Shown here: piece after piece, positions 25,414 to 35,677 of the stretch
How positions within the stretch are numbered: the first letter of the stretch is position 1
Layout of the letters: each line of letters starts with the position of its first letter
Notes under the pieces: model-generated
Told to the model about the DNA's origin: nothing
What the model saw: the letters and a program-made list of their open reading frames with translations, nothing else
Database searches by the model: none
Assembly (NCBI GenBank): GCA_049599475.1
Contig: JBMYOQ010000039.1
Location: 1 to 37,435, forward strand
Reading direction: 5' to 3'
Length of the DNA stretch: 37,435 nt
From: Opitutales bacterium
GTDB lineage: Bacteria; Verrucomicrobiota; Verrucomicrobiia; Opitutales; JABSRG01
Position numbers and translations under genes: made by a program

Positions 25414-26414
25414 TACTTCGCGAAATTCGCTGCAATCCGTGCCTGTAGATAATCGTGGGCCGTGATCGGGTCGTATTTACCTTCAGGGCCTTGAATCATG
25501 GCGTCTTTATTGCCTTGGCAGAAAAAGGCTATGGAGTATCGAGCCCCTTGATACTCCTCAGGCTTCGGCATGCGCACGCGGTGTAGGGTGGAGAGCAGTT
25601 TATCATCCGCCCAACGCATCAGCATGTCGCCGATGTTGCATGTGACCACGCCTGGGAGCGGTGGCACATCGGTCCACTGTAATTCCTCGCCTTCAGACTC
25701 GATGCCTGGGCAAAGCTGCAAGCCGCCTTGTCCTGGGCGTTGATGGAGGAGGGTGAGGCAGTCAAAATCGGTGTGAGCCCCAGCGCGCCAGAGTTCGAAG
25801 TCCTCGGGCTTGGCGCCTTCCATTTCAAGATAGTGAATGAGGCGGAGGGTCGATTGGTATTCGGGCGACATGGGGTCGTGGCAATCCGTGAAAAAGTCGC
25901 TCGCGAATCCGAGCTTCATGGCAAAGCAATCGAGCACCTTCATGCCCAGCGCCCAGTTTGCGCGCTCAAAGGCGAGCATGGTGGCTTTGAATCCCGGGAC
26001 TTCGGCGCCGGTTGGCCAAAGTTTCGACATTCGTGGTAAAGTAATTTGGTAAGATTCCTTACGGTCGGCGGTTCCGGTCGAAGGCCGCACTTGTGCGCGA
26101 TATTCCCAGCCAGCATTGGTGCCCTGGAGCATTGGATATTTTTCCTTCGTTTCTTCTGGTTGAGAAAAGAAACCTGCTGAAAGGGAGAATGCCTCATCGA
26201 CCAATGAAGGGTCGATGCCGTGATTTACCAGCTGGAAGAAACCGATTTTTGTAGCTGCATCCCAGAGCGCATCAGCAATTTCGGCTTTGCGCTCAAAATA
26301 GTGGCTCATGTCAATCTGCGGAATATCGCGTTCTTTAATGCCACCGACACCGCCGATTCCGGCTTCTTTTTTGAGTTCTTGAAGAGGAGCAGCGTTCGAA
26401 TTTGAGTCAGTCAT
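25413..26414 (-). CDS. 2-oxoglutarate/Fe(II)-dependent dioxygenase (isopenicillin N synthase-like)
   Basis: GFFQLVNHG (DIOX_N), HTD...H facial triad (GAHTDF, STLHRV), RYS. Confidence 0.92.
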   Translation of the reverse strand: MTDSNSNAAPLQELKKEAGIGGVGGIKERDIPQIDMSHYFERKAEIADALWDAATKIGFFQLVNHGIDPSLVDEAFSLSAGFFSQPEETKEKYPMLQGTNAGWEYRAQVRPSTGTADRKESYQITLPRMSKLWPTGAEVPGFKATMLAFERANWALGMKVLDCFAMKLGFASDFFTDCHDPMSPEYQSTLRLIHYLEMEGAKPEDFELWRAGAHTDFDCLTLLHQRPGQGGLQLCPGIESEGEELQWTDVPPLPGVVTCNIGDMLMRWADDKLLSTLHRVRMPKPEEYQGARYSIAFFCQGNKDAMIQGPEGKYDPITAHDYLQARIAANFAK

Positions 26415-26680
26415 AGTGTGGATATCTCGTTATAAGGGTTCATGTGAATTACATTATAATCCGAGTAATGACCCACATGCCGAAGCATGCTGACAGCTTG
26501 TACTCGCACTTTCGAAACAGCTAAAGCTGTACCCTCTGGATGAGTTTCTAGAGTAAATCTCGAAACTCCATTCGCATCGAAACTAGAATATTCGTTCCGG
26601 ATAATAGGGAGGGACGTTTTCCCAGGCGGAGGCTTGCCGGAGATGGCGTAGCAATGGCGCTGCGTTTAGAGAAGAAATGG

Positions 26681-26767
26681 GGTAGCAACCGATCTCCGAG
26701 CGGTTGAATACAGCAATTTCGCCCAGCTGATACGCCGCATTCGGCCGCTCGGAGATCGACCGCTACC
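26681..26767. repeat. REPIN-like doublet (GTAG-type REPs)
   Basis: GGTAGCAACCGATCTCCGAGCGGTTG ... CGGCCGCTCGGAGATCGACCGCTACC inverted pair. Confidence 0.7.
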
Positions 26768-26868
26768 GATGACATCATCCTAAACGCAGCGCCATTACGA
26801 GTAAGCCTAAGTCCGTTGCCCCTAGCGTCCTTTAAGCCATCTCCGAGAGACGATAAGCAGAATATTCC

Positions 26869-26902
26869 AAAAGAAAAAGGCTGCCCCTTGAGGGACAGCC
26901 TT
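26869..26902 (-). terminator. Rho-independent terminator of the TonB receptor gene
   Basis: AAGGCTGCCCC-ttga-GGGACAGCCTT hairpin with an A-run on its left, ~30 bp past the stop. Confidence 0.75.
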
Positions 26903-26933
26903 CGTGAAGTGTTGGATACGATTGAATCGTAAT

Positions 26934-29474
26934 TTACCAAGAATATGCGACAGAGAGGTCTGCGCGGAATCCTTGCGTTGGGAGAAGGAGTTCGTCGAAG
27001 AAGAGGTTCGCCGACTTATATCCGTTCTCGTCTGTAATGTTGTAGAGATTTATACGAGCGTTCCAATTGTCATTGAATTTATAGGATACAGATCCATTCC
27101 ACTCGAAGTATGAAGGCAGAGTGACATACCCGAAGTAGCCTGTTTCCACTTCCTCATACCAAGAGAACCCGAGGGTCGCTGAGAGACCGAAGTCTGAAAC
27201 GTAGTTTCCGTAGAGGCTGAAGAACTTGTCAGGTCTGCCGGGCTCTTCGGGGTCCGTCGTGAATTCGTCATTAATAGCGCCGCCGAATGAGTTGAAGCGC
27301 AGGGCACCGTAGCGTGAAAGAGCTTCCTCGTAAGAGATACCTTGTTTCTCAGCGATGTATTGGAAAGGCACACCCAAGATTGTTTGAGCTCCCTTGCGCA
27401 CGGTTTTGAGCCATGTGGCGTTACCTGTTACGAAGAAGTTTTCGTTCACTGCCAAGCTCATCTCCAATTCCACGCCGTTCGTATTTGTTCCGATCGTGCG
27501 CATAGCTTGAGCGCTGAATTGTGTACGATTTTGTTCATACACGGCCAGTGAGAAGAAGAGTTTGTCGTCGAGTAGGCTTCCTTTCAAACCTGCTTCGATT
27601 AGGTCAGATCCTTGGATATATGTCTCATTGCGGACGGTGCCTACGTTTACTTCTGAAGCTTGGCCATCGTCGATAAAGGCAGCTTCGGCACCTGTTATGT
27701 AAGGCTTGAGGCCGAAAGGTGCGTCGTAGCTGATGCTCACCGAGTAAGTGTCATAAGAGTCAGTCGAGCTCTCTGGCTCGTTGCTGGAACGGTCGAGCCA
27801 GCCGAAGTTTACTGTATCCATGTCGACTTCGTGCCACGCATAACCTGCGTTGACATTGATTTTGTCGAAGAATTTCAGATTTATGGATGCAAAGAGTCCG
27901 AGATCGCCATATTCGCTCTCTACCCAGTCATCGTAGATTCGGGTCTCACGATTAAACCCAGAGCCGACTACGTTGTTGGAACTCGCGATCGCGAAGCGTT
28001 GGTCCGCAGTGACCTCAGCAGTCAAATCACGGTAGGCGAACGGTTCATTCAAGAATGCTGACCGAGCCACCATGTCGGTGTAGCGATAGCTTCCACCTGC
28101 GATGATGGATCCATCAACGGAGTCACCGAAGTCGGGAGTGAATACTGCGGTAATCTTATTTTCGATTACGTGGCCTTCATAGTCGTTGTTGAAACCGTAA
28201 GTCGTATTACGCTGGGTGTCGTAGTAATCATAGAAGAGCTGATTTTTAATCGAGAACGTGTCTGAAGGATCCACCATGATATCGAAGAAACCAGTGAGAT
28301 TTCTTGAAATGCCGTAGTCCTCAGGTTCGGTATATCCGGTTTTTTCGCTGATGGTCGTGGTCCCTGTGATGTCGAGGGCGGCAAGACTTTCACCTGTGAT
28401 GCCGTCGCCATCTAAGTCATCAGGAATACCTCCCGCGCCCTCTGTCATGTTGGCTGCGATCCAGTCGTCTAGGAGCAGGCCACTGAATCCGTGGATGATT
28501 TGACCATCGGAATTAAGAGTGATAGCGGGTAAGGCGTTTGAGAACTGTCCGAAACCAGAACCGCCGTCTGTCTCGACAGGTTCGATACGGCCACTACCAT
28601 CAATGTCTCGGCGGCTTACCGCTGCCGAACCTGTGATGTAGGTGTGGTTGTCTACTAAGTCTTGCGTGATACGGTTCCAGCCCGGGTTCTGAATTTGATC
28701 GAAATCTCCGTATTGGAAACCGGTTTCAATTGAGACCGTGTCGCTTAGGTCCAGAACGAAAGTTGCCTGGGTAATGACGTCCTTATTCCCTACGTAGTCA
28801 TAGAACCCCCCGGAATCTTCCACGCCCAGGAAGGTATAAATACCGCCGCTCTTTCCGGCAATTTCAAGAGGGGTGCCGTATTCGATGGACGCCTTCTTCT
28901 TGTCGTAAGTACCGATTGTTGTGCTGATTTTACCGGTGGATGTCTCCAGGAACTTGGTGGTGGTCCCGCGAGCTGTCTTAGGATAGTAATTCAGAAGGCC
29001 ACCGATAGAGCCCACACCATATGAGACGGGCGGTGGCCCTTTGATAATTTCAAATCTGTCTGCTGCTCCGATCGGTGTGCGGAAATTGCCTCGATTGGTG
29101 AGCTTTTTAAAACCGCGGAAGTAGTTGTCACCAATGGTGTTACGAATATCTACATTACCTTCGATACCGAATTGGTTATTAGAAAATGTTCCGGCGGAAA
29201 CGGCTGCGATGTCGCCTACAGAATCGATTCCGTAGCTGTCCAGAGTAGCTCCCTCTACGATCGTGATTGAGCGCGGGATATCTACGATTTTTTGGCCCTC
29301 CCCGAAAACCGAATCAATCTGGCGGTTGGGCATAATGCCTAGCGGGTCGTCCACGACGGCTTCCGTCTCAATCGCTTCGAGCTCCATCGTTTCTTCTTCT
29401 TGGGCAAATGCCAAATGTGTCGTACACAATGCAGAGACGAGCGCAGCCCGTCTGGCGTATTTAATCTTAGTCAT
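26934..29474 (-). CDS. TonB-dependent receptor
   Basis: Signal peptide, DIPRSITIV plug, FEIIKGPPPVSYG..GGLLN, NLYNITDE, C-terminal W. Confidence 0.92.
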   Translation of the reverse strand: MTKIKYARRAALVSALCTTHLAFAQEEETMELEAIETEAVVDDPLGIMPNRQIDSVFGEGQKIVDIPRSITIVEGATLDSYGIDSVGDIAAVSAGTFSNNQFGIEGNVDIRNTIGDNYFRGFKKLTNRGNFRTPIGAADRFEIIKGPPPVSYGVGSIGGLLNYYPKTARGTTTKFLETSTGKISTTIGTYDKKKASIEYGTPLEIAGKSGGIYTFLGVEDSGGFYDYVGNKDVITQATFVLDLSDTVSIETGFQYGDFDQIQNPGWNRITQDLVDNHTYITGSAAVSRRDIDGSGRIEPVETDGGSGFGQFSNALPAITLNSDGQIIHGFSGLLLDDWIAANMTEGAGGIPDDLDGDGITGESLAALDITGTTTISEKTGYTEPEDYGISRNLTGFFDIMVDPSDTFSIKNQLFYDYYDTQRNTTYGFNNDYEGHVIENKITAVFTPDFGDSVDGSIIAGGSYRYTDMVARSAFLNEPFAYRDLTAEVTADQRFAIASSNNVVGSGFNRETRIYDDWVESEYGDLGLFASINLKFFDKINVNAGYAWHEVDMDTVNFGWLDRSSNEPESSTDSYDTYSVSISYDAPFGLKPYITGAEAAFIDDGQASEVNVGTVRNETYIQGSDLIEAGLKGSLLDDKLFFSLAVYEQNRTQFSAQAMRTIGTNTNGVELEMSLAVNENFFVTGNATWLKTVRKGAQTILGVPFQYIAEKQGISYEEALSRYGALRFNSFGGAINDEFTTDPEEPGRPDKFFSLYGNYVSDFGLSATLGFSWYEEVETGYFGYVTLPSYFEWNGSVSYKFNDNWNARINLYNITDENGYKSANLFFDELLLPTQGFRADLSVAYSW

Positions 29475-29513
29475 ATCGATTGTAGTCAGTCAGAGATTTT
29501 GTCTGAGCGAAAA

Positions 29514-29529
29514 AGCACCCGACATGCCA
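29514..29529 (-). promoter_or_regulatory. Putative sigma54 promoter for the TonB receptor
   Basis: Minus strand TGGCATGTCGGGTGCT (GG-N10-GC). Confidence 0.65.
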
Positions 29530-29661
29530 TCGCCATTTTTTCGTAACAAATTTATTAAAGGGGCTGCTGTGGTACAGATGTGAGCATTTTAAATTTTGCC
29601 GAATCAGCTCGACGTAACCTCAGGTGTTGAGCTCTACGCTTTAGAAACGCTACCTATAAAT

Positions 29662-29677
29662 TGGCTTATTTTCTGCA
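29662..29677 (+). promoter_or_regulatory. Putative sigma54 promoter for the flavoprotein gene
   Basis: TGGCTTATTTTCTGCA (GG-N10-GC), ~35 bp before the ATG. Confidence 0.6.
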
Positions 29678-29712
29678 TAGCTATTGGTTTGTGAATTTCC
29701 CATATTTCAAGC

Positions 29713-31173
29713 ATGTCCATTGACGAGTTGCGGCCTGAGGAGTCAGCTGCTTTGGTTAGTTTGACGGCGCGTGTGCGCAGCGAGATCGAGTACTTCGGCT
29801 ATTATGCGAAGCCTTGGGTAAAGCCCGCGATCGACGCCGGGGGCCAACCTGTGCATGATGTTGTCATTATTGGAGCTGGGCAAAATGGCTTGGGAATTTA
29901 CCACGGTTTGCGTCAAAACGGTATTTCTCGGTGTCTGATCATTGATGAGAATTCACCTCAAAGCGCTGGCAATTTTGCCCAGTATGATCGCATGCTCGCT
30001 CTGCGTACCCCGAAGGACTTAACGGGGCTCGATTATGGTTTGGCGAGCCTGACATTTCGCAGTTTTTGGGAAGCGCTCTACCCTGAACGTGACTGGGACA
30101 GCTTAGAGAAGGTCGGACGCGAAGATTGGAGCCATTATCTTCAATGGTATCGTGATACGCTAGAGATTCCGGTGCAATACGAGCACGCGTTGGTGCGTTT
30201 GGAGCGAGAGAATTCGCAGACGGTGCGCGTCATCGTAAAAAAATCAGAAGGCGCTGAACTGATATATTATACGCGCAGTGTGGTGATCGCGACTGGGTTC
30301 CAGGCAGAGACGGTTAAAAGAATTCCGATGGATATTATCGGAAATACTTCAGAGTCTTTGTGGGCGCACGGGGCCGATCCCATTGATTTTTCGGCTCTTC
30401 GCGGCAAACGTATTGCAATTCTAGGACACGGAGCGGGCTCTTTCGATTCAGCTGCCATGGCTTTAGAGGCGGGCGCAGCGGCAGCGACTGTGTATTACCG
30501 TCGCAAATCCATGCCGCGCGTGAATCCCTTTAGGAAGCTGGAACTCGCAGGTTTGATGGCCAACTTTCACGAGCTCGATGAGGAGACCCGTTGGAAGATT
30601 GCTTGGCTGGTGAGCCATCGAGATCAGCCTGCTCCCGAGCTGGCCATGCGCCGCGTGGCGGATCATCCGGGTTTCTCTGTGCAACCCGGAGTGGGATGGA
30701 CTGCTCTGAAAGAGAATGATGCGGCTCTCGAAATTTTGCTCTCTAATGGAGAAACAGAGTCTGCCGACTTCGCTATATTTGCTACCGGATTTGAGCGACG
30801 TCCCTTGGAGCGACCCGAGCTTCAGTCCTTTGCTGCGGAGATTTCGACTTGGGAGAATTTCGAGCCTCCCGCGGGTTATGAATCTGCAGGACTCAGCGGA
30901 TATCCAAGGCACGGCTCCGGTTATGAGCTCTTGCCCAATGCGAACGCGCTGGATTCATTAGCCTCGCATATTTTCAACTTTAGCTTCAGCTCGGGGCTTG
31001 ATCACGGCCCTCATATTACATCGATAAGTGGTATTCGATTCTCATTACAAAGGATCGTTACGGGCGTCAGTAGCCTGTTAACGCGACTGGATGAGGATGC
31101 GTATTTTGAGGATTTTTCAGAGAATCCTTCCCCCGAAGCCTATTTGGATGATTTTCCTGAAATTATTGGATAA
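29713..31173 (+). CDS. NAD(P)/FAD-dependent monooxygenase, HpyO (FAD-dependent urate hydroxylase)-like
   Basis: DVVIIGAGQNG, RMLALRTPKDLTG...LTFR...YLQWYR, ATG, GHGAGSFD, second ATG motif. Confidence 0.75.
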   Translation: MSIDELRPEESAALVSLTARVRSEIEYFGYYAKPWVKPAIDAGGQPVHDVVIIGAGQNGLGIYHGLRQNGISRCLIIDENSPQSAGNFAQYDRMLALRTPKDLTGLDYGLASLTFRSFWEALYPERDWDSLEKVGREDWSHYLQWYRDTLEIPVQYEHALVRLERENSQTVRVIVKKSEGAELIYYTRSVVIATGFQAETVKRIPMDIIGNTSESLWAHGADPIDFSALRGKRIAILGHGAGSFDSAAMALEAGAAAATVYYRRKSMPRVNPFRKLELAGLMANFHELDEETRWKIAWLVSHRDQPAPELAMRRVADHPGFSVQPGVGWTALKENDAALEILLSNGETESADFAIFATGFERRPLERPELQSFAAEISTWENFEPPAGYESAGLSGYPRHGSGYELLPNANALDSLASHIFNFSFSSGLDHGPHITSISGIRFSLQRIVTGVSSLLTRLDEDAYFEDFSENPSPEAYLDDFPEIIG

Positions 31174-31202
31174 TTCTCTTATTACTCCTCTGCGCTCGCC
31201 AA

Positions 31203-32462
31203 TTATCGGCTGGGTAGGACCGCGTTGAGGATGATGCCCAGGATGCCTGCAAGGCCGACTCCACTGATGATGAAATCTCCAAACTCAATGGTGAGCTGGC
31301 CGACACCGATTACCATGATTACTGCGAAAATAATATAGTTCTTTGGGTCCTCGAAATCGACTTTTGCCAGAATCATGGTCTTTAGGCCAATAGATGCGAT
31401 CATTCCGAAAACGAGAATGAGGATGCCGCCCATCACGGGTGTTGGAATTGTTTGAAGGACCGCACCGAGTGTGCCGACAAAAGAGAGCACGATTGAAGTG
31501 ACCGCCGCGATACGCATGAAGCGGACGGAGTATGCGCGGGTCAGGGCGATGGCTCCTGTGACTTCCGAATAAGTTGTGTTGGGAGGGCCGCCGAGTGCGC
31601 CTGCGAGTGCCGTTGCTATGCCGTCGCCAAGAATGGTGCGATGGAGTCCGGGCTCCTTCAGGTAATCTTTTTTTGTGACAGATTGGATCGCTAAAATATC
31701 ACCAAAGTGCTCCACCGCAGGAACGATCGCTACGGGTAAAAAGAGTAAGATTGCGGGGAGTGAAAACTCCATCCATTCGAAGGTGCCAGCCTCGCTAGCA
31801 GTGGCCCAGGGCCATTGAAGCAATGAGGCGCTGGTAATTGGAGTAAAATCTACCAACCCGAGAGGAATCGAAACGATATAACCCACGACGATTGCGATCA
31901 GGATCGGAAGCAGGTTCAGGGTGCGGTTCTTATTGAGTGCCATCGCTATGGCGGTTCCCGCTGTCGCAAAGGATACAATCAATGCGGTGCCACTGAACTC
32001 ATCGGTACCACCTAGCTTTACCGCCATGGATGCCGCTGTTGGCGCGAGCCCCAGGCCAATGACCATAATCACAGGTCCGGTGACAATGGGTGGGAGAATC
32101 TTTTTTATAAATCCAGAGCCAAACAGAGCGATCGCTATCGAGAAAAGACAGTAGAGGATGCCCACGCTGAACATACCGCAAAACGTCGCTCCATAGCCAT
32201 ACTCTTCGAGTGAAATGTTCATCGGCGCGAGAAACGCAAAGGAGCTCGCGAGGAAAACGGGAACCTTGCCCTTTGTGATCACTGTGAAAAGGAGCGTGCC
32301 TGCACCTGCTGTGAACAAGGCAATAGAAGGATCCATCCCCACGAGAATGGGAATGAGCACGAGGGCTCCGAATGCCACAAAAAGCATTTGGACCCCGACG
32401 GTGTAAGTTTTCCAGGACGACAAGCTAGGCTCGTTGCTAATGTCGTTTGCTTGAGCGGGCAT
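31203..32462 (-). CDS. uraA: Uracil permease (NCS2)
   Basis: QMLFVAFGA, PVFLASSFAF, EHFGD, GGPPNTTYSE. Confidence 0.85.
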   Translation of the reverse strand: MPAQANDISNEPSLSSWKTYTVGVQMLFVAFGALVLIPILVGMDPSIALFTAGAGTLLFTVITKGKVPVFLASSFAFLAPMNISLEEYGYGATFCGMFSVGILYCLFSIAIALFGSGFIKKILPPIVTGPVIMVIGLGLAPTAASMAVKLGGTDEFSGTALIVSFATAGTAIAMALNKNRTLNLLPILIAIVVGYIVSIPLGLVDFTPITSASLLQWPWATASEAGTFEWMEFSLPAILLFLPVAIVPAVEHFGDILAIQSVTKKDYLKEPGLHRTILGDGIATALAGALGGPPNTTYSEVTGAIALTRAYSVRFMRIAAVTSIVLSFVGTLGAVLQTIPTPVMGGILILVFGMIASIGLKTMILAKVDFEDPKNYIIFAVIMVIGVGQLTIEFGDFIISGVGLAGILGIILNAVLPSR

Positions 32463-32501
32463 ACAAGGCGAGTGTTGAGAGTTTCAGTCGTCTGCCCAGA
32501 T

Positions 32502-32517
32502 AGCAGTTAAATTGCCA
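32502..32517 (-). promoter_or_regulatory. Putative sigma54 promoter for uraA
   Basis: Minus strand TGGCAATTTAACTGCT. Confidence 0.65.
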
Positions 32518-32521
32518 GAGT

Positions 32522-33454
32522 TTAGTCGGGCTGTTTATTCTGGGCTCGGTTTCGAAGGAGTAGCGCTTTGAGGATACGAAGAGAGTTCAAGTCGTTGGTA
32601 ACCGAAAGTACTGATAATATTATGACAAATGTCCCGAAGAGCTGGGCGAGCAGCACCGTTTCATTGAGAAACAGGCACCCTAGGAGGACGGCCCAAATGG
32701 GCTGAAGGAGGGCCGTCGTACCGACTTTGACTGCTTCATATTTTGAAATAATAGTGAGGAAAAAGATAGCGGGTAGGGCAGTGCTGAATATGCCCAGAAG
32801 CAAAACTGCGAGAAAAGATTGGATACTCCAATCGAGTGACCAATCCTCGCCGAGGCCCCAACTGATCGCCAAGGCCATGACGGTGGCGAAGAGGAGTTGT
32901 CCGCTTGCTATGAAAGCTGGCTGAGAGGGCTGTGCCCAGCGCGCGTAGACCATTCCGAGTCCAAAGCTCGCGGAAACTCCAATCATCAGTAGGTATCCTT
33001 TCAAGCTCCCGAGGGTATTGAGCTCGAAGGCTGAACTTACCACGAAAAATACGCCCAACGATCCTGTGACGAGGCTGATGATCGTGGTCAGGGTCAATTT
33101 CTCATCGCGCAGGAGGAGTGCAGCCCCAACGCCGGTGATGATCGGTGTTGTTGCGCGTAAAATTCCCGCCTCGGCACTTGAGATCGAAGTGATGGCTAGT
33201 GCTGCCAGGCAATTCGGGAGCCATCCGTTTAAGGTGCCGATCGCAAGCATGTCGCGAACTACCTTCTTATTGAGAGTGATTTCCCGCCTATAGGCGCACA
33301 CGATTCCCATGATAGGTAATGCTATGCCTGCTCGAAGTGCTGCCAAAAGAATCGGAGGAATGTCCGTGCTGGATACTTTGAGGAAAATGTGAGCACTGCC
33401 CCACATGAAAGACAGGGCCATGAGCGCTGGGAATATACCTTTCCCGGCAGTCAT
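32522..33454 (-). CDS. DMT/EamA family transporter
   Basis: WGS, PP..LAALR, about 10 TM helices, LGCLFLNE. Confidence 0.88.
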   Translation of the reverse strand: MTAGKGIFPALMALSFMWGSAHIFLKVSSTDIPPILLAALRAGIALPIMGIVCAYRREITLNKKVVRDMLAIGTLNGWLPNCLAALAITSISSAEAGILRATTPIITGVGAALLLRDEKLTLTTIISLVTGSLGVFFVVSSAFELNTLGSLKGYLLMIGVSASFGLGMVYARWAQPSQPAFIASGQLLFATVMALAISWGLGEDWSLDWSIQSFLAVLLLGIFSTALPAIFFLTIISKYEAVKVGTTALLQPIWAVLLGCLFLNETVLLAQLFGTFVIILSVLSVTNDLNSLRILKALLLRNRAQNKQPD

Positions 33455-33547
33455 GTGGAGGTTTTGTTTGTATCTGAATTCAATGACACGCAGTCGGGAG
33501 CAATGTGCAGGTCATCCGCACGGATTAAAGGTCGTAAAACTACGAAT

Positions 33548-33624
33548 AGCACAATCGGAGCCTAGTTTGTGAATGCAGTGTAGATTGGTGCTCTCTTTGT
33601 ATATGCGATGGCACACGCTAAGCT
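33548..33624. promoter_or_regulatory. Divergent putative sigma54 promoters (EamA minus; DUF2165 plus)
   Basis: Minus AGGCTCCGATTGTGCT (33548-33563); plus TGGCACACGCTAAGCT (33609-33624). Confidence 0.55.
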
Positions 33625-33654
33625 AACTTCCGGGCGAAACCTCTTCTTTTGCTC

Positions 33655-34185
33655 ATGGAACGCTATCTAGACCTTGCATGGGGGCGCTACGCAAAACTCG
33701 TGTTGCTCCTCTCCGCTGCCATTTTTTATTTCATCACTGTTTTCAACAATATCGTCGATTACAGCGCGAACCTCCGGTTTATCCAGAATGTCGCGGGCAT
33801 GACGGATACCTTCAACGATACGCTTCTTTGGCGACGGATGGAATCGGATTTCATGCACTGGCTCCTCTATGTCGTAATTATCGGCTGGGAGCTCCTCGCG
33901 GGAGTTTTGTGTGTCTACGCTGGCTACCTTTGCTGGAAATACCGAAACGAGGGCGCTGCATTGTTTAAGCGCGCGCGCACTGCGGGTATGATCGCGCATT
34001 TATTCGGACTCATGCTATGGTACTTCGCTTTCATCATTGTCGGTGGACAATGGTTCCTGATGTGGCAAAGCGAGAATTGGAACGGCCAAGACGCTGCCTT
34101 TCGGATGATTGGTATCACGGGCCTAATTCTGCTGTTCCACGGTCTGTATCCAGACGATTTCAAAGAAGAAGCGTCGGCTGAGTAA
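33655..34185 (+). CDS. DUF2165 family membrane protein
   Basis: FNNIVDYSAN..F...V..M.DTF, GGQWFLMWQSENWNGQDAAFR. Confidence 0.9.
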   Translation: MERYLDLAWGRYAKLVLLLSAAIFYFITVFNNIVDYSANLRFIQNVAGMTDTFNDTLLWRRMESDFMHWLLYVVIIGWELLAGVLCVYAGYLCWKYRNEGAALFKRARTAGMIAHLFGLMLWYFAFIIVGGQWFLMWQSENWNGQDAAFRMIGITGLILLFHGLYPDDFKEEASAE

Positions 34186-34300
34186 TCCAAGCGTCTCTGT
34201 GTTAAAGAGGCGAAAGCATTTTAGAGGCAGAGAATTTTGAAGGCCGCTCAGCCAGTTCGCTCCATGCACGAGGCGAATGGTATTACAATACTTTCCCATC

Positions 34301-34316
34301 TGGAATAGCAGATGCA
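34301..34316 (+). promoter_or_regulatory. Putative sigma54 promoter for the CNT-deaminase-NUP operon
   Basis: TGGAATAGCAGATGCA (GG-N10-GC), ~40 bp before ATG 34358. Confidence 0.55.
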
Positions 34317-34357
34317 ACACGCGTTCGAACCCCCATCTATCCTCAAGGTATGAAATC

Positions 34358-35644
34358 ATGGAAATCCTCCGAAGTATTATAGGAATTGCTGCCTTCATTG
34401 GGATCGCATGGGCGTTGAGTGAGAACAGGAAGTATAATTCATGGAGGTTGATTGCTTCAGCTTTGGGTTTACAGTTCGTGCTAGCTTTTTTGGTCCTGAA
34501 GGTCCCATTCGTGGCGGTCATCATCGATGGGGCGACTCAGTTTTTTATATCCATGATTGCCTTTGCGAATGATGGTGCCGCATCGGTGTTTGGAAAATTG
34601 AATACAGAGGCTCCGAATTATGGCACCATTATCGGCTTCCGTGTCTTACCAGCAGTGCTCTTTTTCTCCGCGTTGACAGCGGTTTTGTACTATTACGGCA
34701 TTCCTCAGAAATTAGTCTATGCCCTCGCATGGCTGATGAGCCGGACCATGAAACTCTCGGGCGCCGAGAGTCTGGCTGCCGCGGCCAATGTCTTTTTCGG
34801 CCAGACGCAGGCACCCTTAGTGGTGAAGCCGTATTTGGAAAAAATGACACGGTCGGAGATCATGGCCTTGATGACGGGCGGCTTTGCCACGGTGTCTGGG
34901 ACCTTGTTTGGGGCCTATGTGATTGCCTTAGCTGGCGAGGATCCTGTGCAACAGGAGCTGTTCGGGAAACATTTAATCTCGGCCTCGATTCTCTCTGCGC
35001 CGGCAGCCTTGCTGTTTGCGAAGCTCATGGTGCCTGAGACAAATCGGGGCTCAGACTCACTCGAAATGACAAATGCTGATACCGGCACGAATGTCTTCGA
35101 TGCGGTGTGCCAAGGGACAACGGAAGGCCTGCGTTTGGCTTTAAATGTCGGGGCAATGTTGATCGTTTTTATAGCGATGGTCACCATGGTGAATTACCTC
35201 ATTGGAGACGTCTTCGGGGCCCAAACGGGACTGAATGTTTGGGTGGAAAATATCACCGAGGGACGCTTTGACCGCTTCAGCCTAGAGTTTGTCTTTGGTA
35301 TTCTCTTCGCACCTTTTGCTTGGTTGATCGGAGTGAATAACTCAGACCTCATGGTCGCAGGCCAGTTGCTCGGACAAAAGATGGTGATAAATGAGTTCGT
35401 TGCTTTTCTGAGTCTGGGTGAGCTCAAAAGTACAGGTATGATCACGGATGAGCGGTCCATCATCCTCATCAGCTATGCCTTGTGCGGTTTCTCTAATTTT
35501 GCCTCGATGGGGATACAAATTGGCGGCATTAGTTCCGTCTGCCCGTCGCAGCGGCCCACGATTTGTGCTCTTGCCTTGAAGGCGCTCATAGCGGGCTCTC
35601 TCGCCTGTTTTGCAACAGCGTGCGTTGCCGGTGTATTTTTGTAA
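34358..35644 (+). CDS. NupC/NupG family concentrative nucleoside transporter (CNT)
   Basis: LSENRK, SGAESLAAAANVFFGQT, GFATVSG, NEFVAF, YALCGFSNF. Confidence 0.92.
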   Translation: MEILRSIIGIAAFIGIAWALSENRKYNSWRLIASALGLQFVLAFLVLKVPFVAVIIDGATQFFISMIAFANDGAASVFGKLNTEAPNYGTIIGFRVLPAVLFFSALTAVLYYYGIPQKLVYALAWLMSRTMKLSGAESLAAAANVFFGQTQAPLVVKPYLEKMTRSEIMALMTGGFATVSGTLFGAYVIALAGEDPVQQELFGKHLISASILSAPAALLFAKLMVPETNRGSDSLEMTNADTGTNVFDAVCQGTTEGLRLALNVGAMLIVFIAMVTMVNYLIGDVFGAQTGLNVWVENITEGRFDRFSLEFVFGILFAPFAWLIGVNNSDLMVAGQLLGQKMVINEFVAFLSLGELKSTGMITDERSIILISYALCGFSNFASMGIQIGGISSVCPSQRPTICALALKALIAGSLACFATACVAGVFL

Positions 35645-35677
35645 TTGTGAGCAAATGACAGTAAACTGAAGAGATCG

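Noticed and set aside
26548..26940. 130-aa ORF between the TBDR and the oxygenase
   Set aside because: Runs through a terminator and a REP doublet; composition is not protein-like.
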